This document shows, piece by piece, positions 19,901 through 29,246 of a stretch of DNA of 64,000 nucleotides (within the stretch, counting starts at the first letter, position 1; every line of letters begins with the position of its first letter). Location: contig DALI01000049.1 in NCBI GenBank assembly GCA_002496725.1, positions 1,772 through 65,771 of the forward strand. The letters are read 5' to 3'. Under the pieces are notes generated by a model that saw only the letters and a program-made list of their open reading frames with translations, was not told where the DNA came from and searched no databases. Origin of the DNA: Euryarchaeota archaeon UBA181. GTDB taxonomy: Archaea > Thermoplasmatota > Poseidoniia > Poseidoniales > Thalassarchaeaceae. The translations under genes were made by a program, and so were the position numbers.

Positions 19901-22292
19901 GCTTTACACAGGAGGTCTGACTTATGAGGTCGCAGAAGGATTCAGCGGTGCCACGCCATCAAAGTGGGTTTCATCAAATCTTTCTGACCCTCTTGACTGC
20001 CTCAGACTGAAACTTTTGGATATGCTTGGTTCAGAAGGCCCACAAACCCTAGAATCACTGAGTGACAGACTGCCCTTCCCAATAGCTCAAGTCGAGGCAG
20101 TACTTCAAGAGCTAGAAATGAGGAATTTAGTCTCAATTGGATTCTTCACCCAAACCGAGGAGGGTGAATTCATTCTCAGAGTTGACGAGTATAGGATCAC
20201 AGGAGGAAGCGTCGAAGTAGTAGACTACAGAACTCTCCAGACACTACTGCTCCAGAAATCATTTACGAAATTCGCTGAGCCTTCCGAGGCTATTAGATCA
20301 CTGGCATTAATTCAGAGAAGGGACGAACTACTCCACAGGGTGGAGAACTTTAGGTTCAGGGATTGGAAGGACTTTAAGCATGATAAAGACGTTTTCAATG
20401 GCAGACTTCTCCATAACAGGGTGGGCTATACTACCTTTGACCAGATACCAATGCTTCTGGGATTACGTTCAGAGCCTTGGATGGGTTCCTTAGAAGAAGA
20501 GCTTCTTGATAAGATTCCTGAAGATGGCATTACTAGGACAGAATTACTATCGGAATATCCAAGGGGCAAGGAAAACCAGCATATCCAGAAGAGCGTGAAA
20601 AGGGCGCTCTCAAATTTAGAACGACAACTGGTTGTGGCCAAGCAGTATCTCGATGTACCCAACAGGAAAAGATCGATAGCCATATTCAGGCGAATCCATG
20701 GCGTAGTAAAGCCGTTGGATTTTCCCGAGGCACTGTCTGCACTGATATCCAAAATAGGCCCTGTCAGATTACACACACTGAGATTCTTCGTCAGTAGGCC
20801 AGTCGAGGAACTAGCCGAGGTCCTCCGGGAATTAGAAACCGAAGGAAGCATATGCCGTGTAGTCGCTCTACAACCGGATCCAACCGATTACTATTCGTCG
20901 CATGTAGACGCCGAGAGGCTACTTTCTCCTATGCCCGAAGATAGGGAGATGCGTATCCTCGCCCAATCAGATCCCTTCTGCAGTCGTTTCATCCAAGAAG
21001 TTAGGATGATACTGAAGCAAGGATGGTACCATCCCGTCTTCAAAGGAGTGGACCCAATAGGGAGAATTTTGATGTTTGTAGTCAACGACTACCTGGAGAT
21101 AAAGGATGTCAATATCCCCCACTCATACCTAGATGAATTCAAATCAACCTTCAATGATCTTTTGGAAAACTACCGAGATCGACTCGTCGATGTTTCTGTA
21201 ATGCATGCTTTTAACGGAGTCCCTGTTCATGACTGCGATGATAATATTCAGAGTATTCTTTCTGAACTTGGATTCGTCTCAATGGGTGATGGTGAGAGAT
21301 ATATCCGAGGAGGAGTTGTTGAACCTAGATCTAGGAACAAGGTGAACAGACTTCTCTTCCACACTCACAATATCCATCAAATCAGTAGATGGGAAAATGA
21401 GACTTACGCTTTGAAGGAAATCAACGAATTGAGGGATGACTTCGCATTGAGGGGCCGTTGCGAAATGTTCAGGGTAGATCTACAATCTATGGCGGCAACC
21501 GAGCAATTGCATCAAGGAACAAATCTCAGGGGTCATCAGGTATGGGCAAGGCTCCCACATTTCCAGAGGCTCCTTGCGATTAGGAACGCCCCTCCTGACG
21601 ACGATGACTTTGGTATTCTTGAGTTCTTCAGGAGTCATAACGATCCAGCAGTATTCATGGAGAGACTAGCAATGCGCAGAGCTGAGTTTAGGAAATTAAT
21701 CTCTCCCCTGGTGAGAAGCGGTCACTTAGTTCAGGACTACAGAGGGGGGTTCAAGACCGTAGAGCCAGTGAAGGGCGTCGATCTCTGGACAATAAAGAGA
21801 ACATACCTGAGGGAACTAGTGGAGGACTATCCGGTCATCTCAATGAAGCAGTTTGAGAGGCTGGCAGGAACGCCTTTCTCACCTGAGGAAATTAGCGATG
21901 TCCTCCACGAATTTGAAGAGGATGGGACACTGATCAAAGGATTCCTCATAGATGATCAGCATGATATTAGTTGGGGCAGAAAAGACCTATTGGAGTCAGA
22001 GGGGATACCAAAGACAAGAGATTTGGTAATACCTCCCTCAGACCCATTGATACATTATTTTGGAGGTATCCTGCGAGAGAGATTTGGATTCGGTTCTGCA
22101 TATCTGGTGTTTCACAAGGAGGAGCCAATTGCGGCATTCAAGGCAAATACGAGAAATGCGACAATCGATGTAACAGACTTCGTGGGCGATTCAGAGTTAG
22201 AGAAAGAGGCCCTGAGGGTGATGAAAGAATTCGCATGGGAACATCAAATGCCCCTAACAGGGGACCTATATGAGAAAATGAGATCAAGATGA
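16950..22292 (+). CDS. lhr: Lhr-family SF2 helicase with a long C-terminal region
   Basis: PTGSGKT, DEMH, SAT, HHGS, QRIGRAGH, LDVLAQ and IPSW.G motifs; 1780 aa. Confidence 0.92.
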   Translation: MPKKMPIIEYVEDRMETEELLERLCPPVRNWFKDKFPDFTEPQKVAIPRILNGEHLLLCSPTGSGKTLTAFLTIIDDLVRRSLDGTLPDSVQCVYISPIKALANDIEKNLLGPLGEIKEKYLPSRAKEIKVGLRTGDTPQSERQKMLRKPPHILITTPESLGLGLASKRFRPILDQMKWFIIDEMHSLVPTKRGTHLSLSMALMDSVVSSDVQRIGISATMEPLDAVAEFLVASDPRESDIHSQNDDNESSELEIQPQKVAIAKISGDRELDLDIILPSPRFSSIPVKEILDHNVDRIKELAEAHTTTLVFVNTRNMTETVVQRLKIAGMEGVEGHHGSMDKAIRLDVESQLKKGLLRCVVSSSSLEMGIDIGSVDLVIQVGSPGSIATALQRIGRAGHQVDGLPRARFLPTSPHDLMELVALQMAILEGEMDLLKFPENSLDVLAQFLIGLTIIREWDIDDAYRLVTSSWPYKSLPYDDYIEVLDMLDEERRLWLDWEDNRFGKRGFAQMIYYTNIGTIAPDNSYLVFTGDGTLVGQLSSSFVSSLRNGDVFLLGGSTYRVASIRGTRVNVTPATGYRPTIPSWTGEANSRTHELSQAVLRLLSKISVGARMGTDYEPILTEALQLNRPVALALKQFLDEHVATTFQVPSNDRILIEQVDSPLPTYVVTTCRGRAFNLALGYLFAGIASKENIIIHELSFDENGFMAKLSHEVEISKIPEVFRNDTSEEILQRYMMDSQLFSKRFREVSSRSMLNPRRIGAEEVSPKQFQLKAEAIMTKHRQMEGSVIIREAMSEILNGDLDMGQLRNFISRMDSEDVRIVHRRVKMPSPLGMTLFMSAFEDLLSLRTRAYLIKDVDPEILRRLLGARSLATDLDREMIGEYYQSKVVVPRNSIDLLRLMDMGGGLERELTNPLYNSKLSGIEIPVIRKWVHELAERGLITKVRNTNHEQIDDKWFSMRMAGVHGTLGCLAVAGASEMEDLRALYTGGLTYEVAEGFSGATPSKWVSSNLSDPLDCLRLKLLDMLGSEGPQTLESLSDRLPFPIAQVEAVLQELEMRNLVSIGFFTQTEEGEFILRVDEYRITGGSVEVVDYRTLQTLLLQKSFTKFAEPSEAIRSLALIQRRDELLHRVENFRFRDWKDFKHDKDVFNGRLLHNRVGYTTFDQIPMLLGLRSEPWMGSLEEELLDKIPEDGITRTELLSEYPRGKENQHIQKSVKRALSNLERQLVVAKQYLDVPNRKRSIAIFRRIHGVVKPLDFPEALSALISKIGPVRLHTLRFFVSRPVEELAEVLRELETEGSICRVVALQPDPTDYYSSHVDAERLLSPMPEDREMRILAQSDPFCSRFIQEVRMILKQGWYHPVFKGVDPIGRILMFVVNDYLEIKDVNIPHSYLDEFKSTFNDLLENYRDRLVDVSVMHAFNGVPVHDCDDNIQSILSELGFVSMGDGERYIRGGVVEPRSRNKVNRLLFHTHNIHQISRWENETYALKEINELRDDFALRGRCEMFRVDLQSMAATEQLHQGTNLRGHQVWARLPHFQRLLAIRNAPPDDDDFGILEFFRSHNDPAVFMERLAMRRAEFRKLISPLVRSGHLVQDYRGGFKTVEPVKGVDLWTIKRTYLRELVEDYPVISMKQFERLAGTPFSPEEISDVLHEFEEDGTLIKGFLIDDQHDISWGRKDLLESEGIPKTRDLVIPPSDPLIHYFGGILRERFGFGSAYLVFHKEEPIAAFKANTRNATIDVTDFVGDSELEKEALRVMKEFAWEHQMPLTGDLYEKMRSR

Positions 22293-23261
22293 CTTCAGAT
22301 CAGCCTTAGCGAATAGCCTAGTGACAGGCCTAGAAATTCTGATTATATGGCGATGTAATTCAGGTAGTAGATCGAATAATGCAGTAGCCATTAGGAACAT
22401 CGCAAACAAGCTAGCAACTTTCGCCACGTAGCTGTGCGTGAAATCGAACATATCAATGCCGAATAGTGACCATTCTGAATACGTATCACTGAGCCAGACG
22501 ATACCAGCATTCCTGAACACGTTCAATACATGTATTGTCGGAATTGCTACTAGGAGCCCCCTGATTCGCCTCTTCCAAGATACAGAATTTAATGCTACTA
22601 TGGCCCCTACGAATATTATCATAGATTGAAGGGCAGAGCATGCTAGAATGAAGCTGACGCTTACGGGGGTCCCGTCGGAGTGGTTGAACGGCACAAAGAA
22701 TCCACTGTCTCCAAGGGGCTCAGTAAGGAAATACCGGCTTCCCTCCCACTGTGATGCAGCGATCGCTCCACTAGGTAAATCAACCATCATCTCGCCCACT
22801 TGGTATGATCCCAAACCAGAGAATTCCAGCAACCATTCAGTGCTGTGAGCAGTCATCTCTACGAATTGCATATTCAGAATTGGAACGCTATATACCGCGT
22901 AATAAGGTATGACGGACCACGCAACAGCCCCTCTGAGCCAAACAAGGGATTCATCGCCTATCTCCCAATTCCTCACTTCCCATATCCCAAGGGCTATTCC
23001 TGCAGGCAATGCCCCCGCTGTCATCAAAATAAGAAGAGGGTCGGATATCTCAACGAAGTGTTCTGACTGCATATAGAAAAAGAGGCCCAAGAGGGTCCAT
23101 CCTACAGCCGCGGAATAAGGAGCCAATGAAGAACTTCTCCGGTGGAAAGAGAATCCTAGTGACAATGCTCCAAACCAGCAAAAAGAGAGCCAAAGGGAGA
23201 ATTCAGGTACCCCAATAGCCTCCGCGAAACCTTCGACCAAGGCTCCGATTGGGTCTTCCAT
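22284..23261 (-). CDS. artA: Archaeosortase (ArtA-like)
   Basis: Polytopic; ILACSALQSM (catalytic Cys), LNVFRNAG (Arg) and F..THSYVAK motifs. Confidence 0.85.
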   Translation of the reverse strand: MEDPIGALVEGFAEAIGVPEFSLWLSFCWFGALSLGFSFHRRSSSLAPYSAAVGWTLLGLFFYMQSEHFVEISDPLLILMTAGALPAGIALGIWEVRNWEIGDESLVWLRGAVAWSVIPYYAVYSVPILNMQFVEMTAHSTEWLLEFSGLGSYQVGEMMVDLPSGAIAASQWEGSRYFLTEPLGDSGFFVPFNHSDGTPVSVSFILACSALQSMIIFVGAIVALNSVSWKRRIRGLLVAIPTIHVLNVFRNAGIVWLSDTYSEWSLFGIDMFDFTHSYVAKVASLFAMFLMATALFDLLPELHRHIIRISRPVTRLFAKADLKSS

Positions 23262-23321
23262 GATGCCAACGAGCCATCAACCCGTAAATATGATGCCCCC
23301 AACGGATAGCCGGGTGTTCAC

Positions 23322-23891
23322 ATGGCTACCGACTTCACAGAGTTCGCAAACAGCTACATTCGGGATATTAAGAAAGCACTGGATCATTTGTCAATTGGAA
23401 AATTGAATGACCTATATTCACTCGTCTTAGGTGCCACATCATCAGGATCAACAGTCCACTTCATAGGAAATGGAGGGAGTGCAGCCACTCCTTCGCACAG
23501 TGCTGGAGACTGGTCCAAAGAATTAGGATTGAAGACGTTATCTCATACAGATAATGCTTCATCATTTTCAGCGTGGGCCAATGATGAGGGCTACTCTCAA
23601 GTATTCGTAGGCCAGTTATCCACCTTTGCAAATAGCAATGACCTAGTAATCGCCTATTCGGGTTCTGGAAATTCGGAGAACGTACTGAATGGAGTTGAGT
23701 TCGCAAATGGAATAGGTTGCAAGACAGTAGCCATTACTGGAAACTATAATGGTTTAGAAGGTGGTAAACTAGCAGAGATAGTCGATCTGGCCATAGTAAT
23801 ACCCAGTACCTCGATGGAAAGGATTGAAGACATCCAGTTGATGATAAACCATATCATCAAGGAAGCTGTAAAGTCCAATAAAGAGCAGTGA
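23322..23891 (+). CDS. gmhA: SIS-domain phosphoheptose isomerase
   Basis: GNGGSAA..SH, AWANDEGY..VF, SGSGNSEN and IEDIQ motifs. Confidence 0.8.
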   Translation: MATDFTEFANSYIRDIKKALDHLSIGKLNDLYSLVLGATSSGSTVHFIGNGGSAATPSHSAGDWSKELGLKTLSHTDNASSFSAWANDEGYSQVFVGQLSTFANSNDLVIAYSGSGNSENVLNGVEFANGIGCKTVAITGNYNGLEGGKLAEIVDLAIVIPSTSMERIEDIQLMINHIIKEAVKSNKEQ

Positions 23892-23895
23892 TAGA

Positions 23896-24537
23896 ATGTT
23901 CCCGCCAATGAGGGATAGGGATAGCTTGTACGCCCCACTCCATCTATTGCCCCTCCCTACAAATATGACATGGGGGGGCAAGATAGCATACTTAGATCGT
24001 GATGGAGTCATAATCAGAGGATTTGAGAGCTATGTCAACAATCCAGACGAAGTCTTTGTCCTCGATGGTGCCCCAAAGGCAGTTGGTGATCTTAGGAGAC
24101 TTGGTTTCAGGGTTTGCATCGTTACCAACCAGTCACCTGTAGGAAGAGGGATTTGGAGTAGAGAAAACCTCGCCTCTATTCATGATAAAGTTAGGTCAGA
24201 ACTACTTTCCGAAGATGCAGATGCCATTCTCGACCTAATTCTCCATAGCCCCTATGCTCCATGGCATAATTCGTGGGCCAGAAAACCAAATCCTGGAATG
24301 CTCGAGGCAGGCAGACAAATTATCGATGCCGCTGAGTCAAGCATCTTACTGTCTGAAGGGGACATTAAGTTCGGAGAGGAATGGAAAAATCGCCCATCTG
24401 AGAATTCCTCGATAATGGTAGGTGACAGGATCGTAGATATGGAAGCGGCGAAAGCTCACGGAACCCGCTCATTCAGATGTAATCCCGATGTGGGAATAAG
24501 TGATGTAATATCTGAAATCTTGGAGCTGAATGGATGA
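23896..24537 (+). CDS. gmhB: HAD IIIA phosphatase, heptose-1,7-bisphosphate phosphatase-like
   Basis: LDRDGV, VTNQS, RKPNPGML and MVGDR..D motifs; directly follows gmhA. Confidence 0.78.
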   Translation: MFPPMRDRDSLYAPLHLLPLPTNMTWGGKIAYLDRDGVIIRGFESYVNNPDEVFVLDGAPKAVGDLRRLGFRVCIVTNQSPVGRGIWSRENLASIHDKVRSELLSEDADAILDLILHSPYAPWHNSWARKPNPGMLEAGRQIIDAAESSILLSEGDIKFGEEWKNRPSENSSIMVGDRIVDMEAAKAHGTRSFRCNPDVGISDVISEILELNG

Positions 24538-25790
24538 GTACAAGCAACACAAGCATTGTTAGGATTGGGTTAGATGATACCGATCACCCAGAATTCGGAT
24601 GTACTACACATTCATTCCATGACCTATTGAGCAATCTGACCACCATCCCTAGTGTAATCGTACTCGAGAGGATGCTTGTACGGCTCTGGCCGTATGCGTC
24701 AAGGAGGACCAGGGGGAACGGCGCACTATCGGCGACCTTGGAAATTCCATCTGAATCCAAGATTCAGTTTATCGACTCTTGCGCTGAATGGTTCGATTCA
24801 TTATTGTCCGAAATATCACATTATCCCGAAATATCAAATTCTGCAACACCCGCTCTTTTAATTTCGTTCGACCAGGCTCCCCCAAAATGGTACTGGGAGA
24901 CAGTAAGGGGGGAAGTAAACCTAGTGGATCGGGAATCTGAAATCAGAAGCTCGGGAGTGACTATCTTCTCTCATCCTGATAACTGGGGGATGGTTGGTGC
25001 TAGTGCCGCTATCTCATGGGAACCCGGAATTAATCACTCTTGGGAGCTAATCGCTTGGAGAGAAGATAGCAAAATAGGGTCAAGAAGGGCGGTTTCCAAG
25101 GATTCTGTGTTCGAGATGTCCAAACTATTCCCTGAGACCTTCCTGAATAGGGACCCTACGGCAGATAAGGGCATTATCGCCCCTAGGACCCCCTGCCCAG
25201 TTCTTTACGGTATCAGGGGTTCAAGTAAGGATGCGGTGGAATCAGCAAACTCCTGGTTACAACATAAGAATAGCACCGAGAAGTGCCTTGATTGGGCATC
25301 ACATAAGACTAATCAGCTCTCAGACGATCATCTCCCAGGACCTATGAGTGGGACAGTAATCACTTCGCCCGAGGTTCTGAAAGGTGCCCATGCGAGTTTG
25401 AAAGTAATTTCCGGTGGAAAAGGGGAGACATTAGTTGCATTCAGTGAAGGGGGGCCAGTGAATAAGCTACTTAGACAATTATCGCCAGGGGATAGAATTT
25501 CTTGGATGGGCCTAATTTCTCCCGATCGCTCAATACATCTGGAAAGGCTGAGAATTGAATCTGCTTCCCCTAGGATCTCATCCAGGCCTAGATGTTGTGG
25601 TAAGTCGATGAGGAGCAAGGGCAGGAATCAGCCCCTCTTCTGCTTAAGGTGTGGAAATAAGGAAAGCAAAATATGGCTATCAGATAACTGGTCTCCTGTG
25701 GGTGTCCCAAGTATTGACGGTTGGGTCCAGCCCCCTCCATCTCAGAGAAGACACCTTTCAATGCCCTTGGAACATGGAATTCCGGCATAG
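24534..25790 (+). CDS. tiaS: tRNA(Ile2) agmatinylcytidine synthase
   Basis: IGLDDTD..GCTT, TRGNGA, PCPVLYGIRG, TNQ.SDDH, Zn ribbon and RRHLSMP. Confidence 0.9.
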   Translation: MSTSNTSIVRIGLDDTDHPEFGCTTHSFHDLLSNLTTIPSVIVLERMLVRLWPYASRRTRGNGALSATLEIPSESKIQFIDSCAEWFDSLLSEISHYPEISNSATPALLISFDQAPPKWYWETVRGEVNLVDRESEIRSSGVTIFSHPDNWGMVGASAAISWEPGINHSWELIAWREDSKIGSRRAVSKDSVFEMSKLFPETFLNRDPTADKGIIAPRTPCPVLYGIRGSSKDAVESANSWLQHKNSTEKCLDWASHKTNQLSDDHLPGPMSGTVITSPEVLKGAHASLKVISGGKGETLVAFSEGGPVNKLLRQLSPGDRISWMGLISPDRSIHLERLRIESASPRISSRPRCCGKSMRSKGRNQPLFCLRCGNKESKIWLSDNWSPVGVPSIDGWVQPPPSQRRHLSMPLEHGIPA

Positions 25791-25825
25791 GTGCATATTT
25801 ATCCCATCAGATTCTCAGAAGTTAT

Positions 25826-26026
25826 GTGGAAACCCAGGCCGTCCTACAGTTCATCCTAATTGTCTCCGCAATCTTGCTGTTTCTGTATATCGTAAGAAAC
25901 CTCACTAGATTAACGCCAACCGATGAAGAAACATACTCGGGAACAGCGAGGTCTCCAGAGAACCTATACGAACCATCAGAGGAAGCCATATCAGAGATGG
26001 AAGGCTTAATTTCAAAGCTCAACTAA
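25826..26026 (+). CDS. Small single-TM protein
   Basis: GTG start, one hydrophobic helix and an acidic tail; TATA-like tttatc about 25 nt upstream. Confidence 0.55.
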   Translation: METQAVLQFILIVSAILLFLYIVRNLTRLTPTDEETYSGTARSPENLYEPSEEAISEMEGLISKLN

Positions 26027-26603
26027 TCAGTTCTTTAAGCCCCTTGGAAGTCATTTTCAGGTATCTCTCGGAATTATTCGAAGATACAATTTTCACACCA
26101 TCCTTGACTGGATGGTTCAGAAGGAAAACGGTCCTGAGAGAATTGCGAATAGATTTTCCACCTCTGCTAACCCAGCCACCATCCGATGCATTAGAAGCAT
26201 CCTCATAAGCTGATGATGTGATTACTAGATTAGTCCCTTCGCAAGACCCGGATAACGTATTGACTGCATGAATATCCCCCTTCTTAGCTCTGCCATGATT
26301 CTCACACCAATCATCTATTATGATGACATCACCCTCTCCGAAATCTACTGTACTGGACAATATCAGATCCAATTCCGAAGAAAGACTTCCTGATAGATGT
26401 AAAATTGATAGTCTCTCGTACCCTTTATTGCTAATATCCCAAAGAATTTCTGTTGCTCGTTCTTGATTAGGCATTTTCCTACATACCCAAACAACACGCC
26501 CTCCTCCCTTGATGGCCTCGGATGCAATACCTAGGCACAGAGTAGTCTTACCTGCTCCGGGCTCGGCAGAAATGTGCACAGCACCGTTCTTGTAGTCTAT
26601 CAC
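26019..26603 (-). CDS. Short RecA-fold P-loop ATPase (RadB/KaiC-like)
   Basis: Walker A AEPGAGKTT and Walker B IIIDD. Start is GTG 26603 or 26651. Confidence 0.7.
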   Translation of the reverse strand: MIDYKNGAVHISAEPGAGKTTLCLGIASEAIKGGGRVVWVCRKMPNQERATEILWDISNKGYERLSILHLSGSLSSELDLILSSTVDFGEGDVIIIDDWCENHGRAKKGDIHAVNTLSGSCEGTNLVITSSAYEDASNASDGGWVSRGGKSIRNSLRTVFLLNHPVKDGVKIVSSNNSERYLKMTSKGLKELIS

Positions 26604-26699
26604 GAGTATCCGAGTATGACAAAGCCAAAGAGCATTCCTGAGGCAATTCACAGAGAAATATAATCAACATCTACCATAACGACTCATTGGGGGAGTCAG

Positions 26700-27005
26700 A
26701 TGAAAGAACGTATCCCGAGACGTGCAGCGCCAGATTTCCGTGAGTCCGAAGACGGACTCTTCACCTCTGTGATGGAAGACGGTTTCCTGAATGTAGCACT
26801 TGATGATGCCAATCAGTACGGCCCTCATGCAATGATACTCTTCCTGGGCATTGTTTCTGTTTTGACCGGCTTTGTTCTAGGTCTAGCTATGATCGATCCG
26901 GTATTTTCATTCATAGCGGCTGCGATAATAATTGCTTCCTTCGGTTTGAGGAAATTTTTACAAACAAGAGCCACTAATAATGTGGTCAAAAGTAGTACGG
27001 AGTAG
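26700..27005 (+). CDS. Hypothetical two-TM membrane protein
   Basis: ATG start with ggggag upstream; two hydrophobic segments. Confidence 0.65.
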   Translation: MKERIPRRAAPDFRESEDGLFTSVMEDGFLNVALDDANQYGPHAMILFLGIVSVLTGFVLGLAMIDPVFSFIAAAIIIASFGLRKFLQTRATNNVVKSSTE

Positions 27006-27008
27006 TGC

Positions 27009-28355
27009 CTACACCCTTTCACGAGCGAGTGACACTGCGTTATCGACTATCTCTCCCGATACTCCAAGATGACTCGCCGGAGAAAAAAGGTATTCGAGCT
27101 CTTCGGAACTGAAGATAGAACTAATCTGATCATTCTCTTGGCATACCTCCATTAGATTCCTACCAAACTCCAGTGCCTCCATTGACGAAACTCTGAGGAC
27201 CTCATGAGCTTCATCCCTAGGCATGCCAGAGTCAACAAGGGCCAGCATGACCTTCTCTGCCATCACTAGTCCCTTCTGAGACTCTATGTTTTGTAGCATC
27301 CTTTCTCGATCAACAACCAGCCTAGACATGACCCTCTCACACTTAGCGAATATGTCATCTAGAAGTATCATTGAGTGAGAAAGAGTGAATCTCTCCGACG
27401 ATGAATTAGCCAGATCTCTCTCATGCCATAGAAGGGCATTCTCATAAGATGGAATTATCATGGATCTCACGATCCTAGCCAGGCCACATGCATTCTCAGC
27501 TGTGATGGGATTCCTCTTGTGTGCCATCGTAGAAGATCCCACTTGCTTTTCGACATCAAATGCCTCGGCTACCTCGGCAATCTCACTCCTCTGAAGGTTC
27601 CTCACCTCCTGCAAAACCTTCTCTATACTAGTTGCGACGTTCGCCATCCATCCGACCCACTCGATGTAACGATCCCTGCCGACGACCTGTGTTGTCGCAA
27701 CAGGGACTTCTAAACCCAGCTCGCCTAGAATCAAGCTCTGGAGCTCTAATGCATTCTCTCCTTGTGCGGCTCCCGTGCCAACCGCTCCCAAGAACTTCCC
27801 TGCAGTTATCCTTGTCTTCATGGACTCAAGCCTATCGAGATGCCTTCGGAATTCATCGACCCATACGGCCACCTTGAGTCCGAATGTAATCGGTACAGCT
27901 GCCTGGCCGTGGGTCCTACCAATCATTATCGTGTCTCTTTCCCTTTCAGCCATATCACAAAGGGTAGATATTAGGGACTTCAGGGACTCTAACTGCAACT
28001 TGACGCTGTCTTTGATTTGGAGGGCTACAGCAGAGTCAACTATGTCGTTACTGGTAGCCCCAAGGTGGATGCACCAACCAGCCTCTCCCGCTACCTCGGC
28101 CATAGCCTTGGTTAGTGCCATTATATCGTGCCTAGTTTCTGCCTCAATTTCATCCACCCTATCAGCGGTAACTATTCCCGGATCTGATATGTCTGCTACC
28201 ATGTCATAATGTTCTGCACTAACTCTGCCCATCTTGCAATGCGCCCAGACCAACGCTCTTTCCACTTCTATTTGTCTAGAATGCCTGCCTTCCCTCGACC
28301 AAATAGCTTTGGCCTCATCACGTCCGTATCTGTAGTCTAGTGGTGAAACTGACAT
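27009..28355 (-). CDS. purB: Adenylosuccinate lyase
   Basis: SPLDYRYG, HLGATSND, GRTHGQ and GSSTMAHKRNP motifs. Confidence 0.96.
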   Translation of the reverse strand: MSVSPLDYRYGRDEAKAIWSREGRHSRQIEVERALVWAHCKMGRVSAEHYDMVADISDPGIVTADRVDEIEAETRHDIMALTKAMAEVAGEAGWCIHLGATSNDIVDSAVALQIKDSVKLQLESLKSLISTLCDMAERERDTIMIGRTHGQAAVPITFGLKVAVWVDEFRRHLDRLESMKTRITAGKFLGAVGTGAAQGENALELQSLILGELGLEVPVATTQVVGRDRYIEWVGWMANVATSIEKVLQEVRNLQRSEIAEVAEAFDVEKQVGSSTMAHKRNPITAENACGLARIVRSMIIPSYENALLWHERDLANSSSERFTLSHSMILLDDIFAKCERVMSRLVVDRERMLQNIESQKGLVMAEKVMLALVDSGMPRDEAHEVLRVSSMEALEFGRNLMEVCQENDQISSIFSSEELEYLFSPASHLGVSGEIVDNAVSLARERV

Positions 28356-28394
28356 TATATCCCCAAACCTGCGACTCGGGCTTCATGTTTGAGA

Positions 28395-29147
28395 CTAGCG
28401 ATTAGAAGATAGTCGCCCAGAAGAGATAATCCACGACCCTCTTCCCCTTTCCCATGTTTTCTCACCTATCAAAATTGAACTACTCGACATTGCAGGTGAA
28501 TCCACAACTAGAGTCTCATATTCTCCCCCTTCTCCATCAGGGTTAAAACGATATTTGAGAGACGTTTCTATCAATTCCTCAATTTCCTCTGCCCCCAATT
28601 TCTTCCCTACCCAGCTACTATCAAGTCCGTCCGCAGATACCGATGAAAGCCTGACATCAAAACCGTGTCGGGGAAAACAGCGCATGTGTTCAACTGGATC
28701 ATGATGCCATAATGGTGAGAATGACTTGATCCCTAGTCGTGAACACATCCTATCTATTCTGGTCCTTTGATAGTCGGATCTTAGTGCTCCGGTTACCAAG
28801 GCATCTATTTCCAGTGCTTCTTCATGTAAGATTATTCCATTCTTATCCCAAGTTTCTGGCCAGAATGAGTTGAAGTCAGCCACTACATTAGTTTCGCCAG
28901 CAATCCCCCTCTGCAAGTCTTCCACCTCTTTCTCCTCTGCCCCTTCGGTAATAATTGGGAGCCAAGGTATGCCTGAAGAGGCGGATTGTAGTCCAGCAGC
29001 ACACACTCCTCCTGTTTGAAACATCATAGAGTCATCACCAGTTACACACAGGGTAACTAGTGCCTTTACATCCCATCCTCTCATTATGCACCACCATGTG
29101 GCGTAGGACGAGTCCTTTCCCCCCGAGCATAGTACCGCCACACGCAC
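28395..29147 (-). CDS. dph6: Diphthine--ammonia ligase (Dph6 family)
   Basis: SGGKDS PP-loop, SDYQRTRI, PLW and GEGGEYET motifs. GTG start at 29147. Confidence 0.9.
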   Translation of the reverse strand: MRVAVLCSGGKDSSYATWWCIMRGWDVKALVTLCVTGDDSMMFQTGGVCAAGLQSASSGIPWLPIITEGAEEKEVEDLQRGIAGETNVVADFNSFWPETWDKNGIILHEEALEIDALVTGALRSDYQRTRIDRMCSRLGIKSFSPLWHHDPVEHMRCFPRHGFDVRLSSVSADGLDSSWVGKKLGAEEIEELIETSLKYRFNPDGEGGEYETLVVDSPAMSSSSILIGEKTWERGRGSWIISSGRLSSNR

Positions 29148-29246
29148 ATCTCTTCGTACGGACCTTTCCGCTTGAATGCAACGAAGGAAGACCCCCTTCC
29201 CAACCAACCTTGATAAGAGGCCGTTGGCGCATGGGTGTTGATTACG

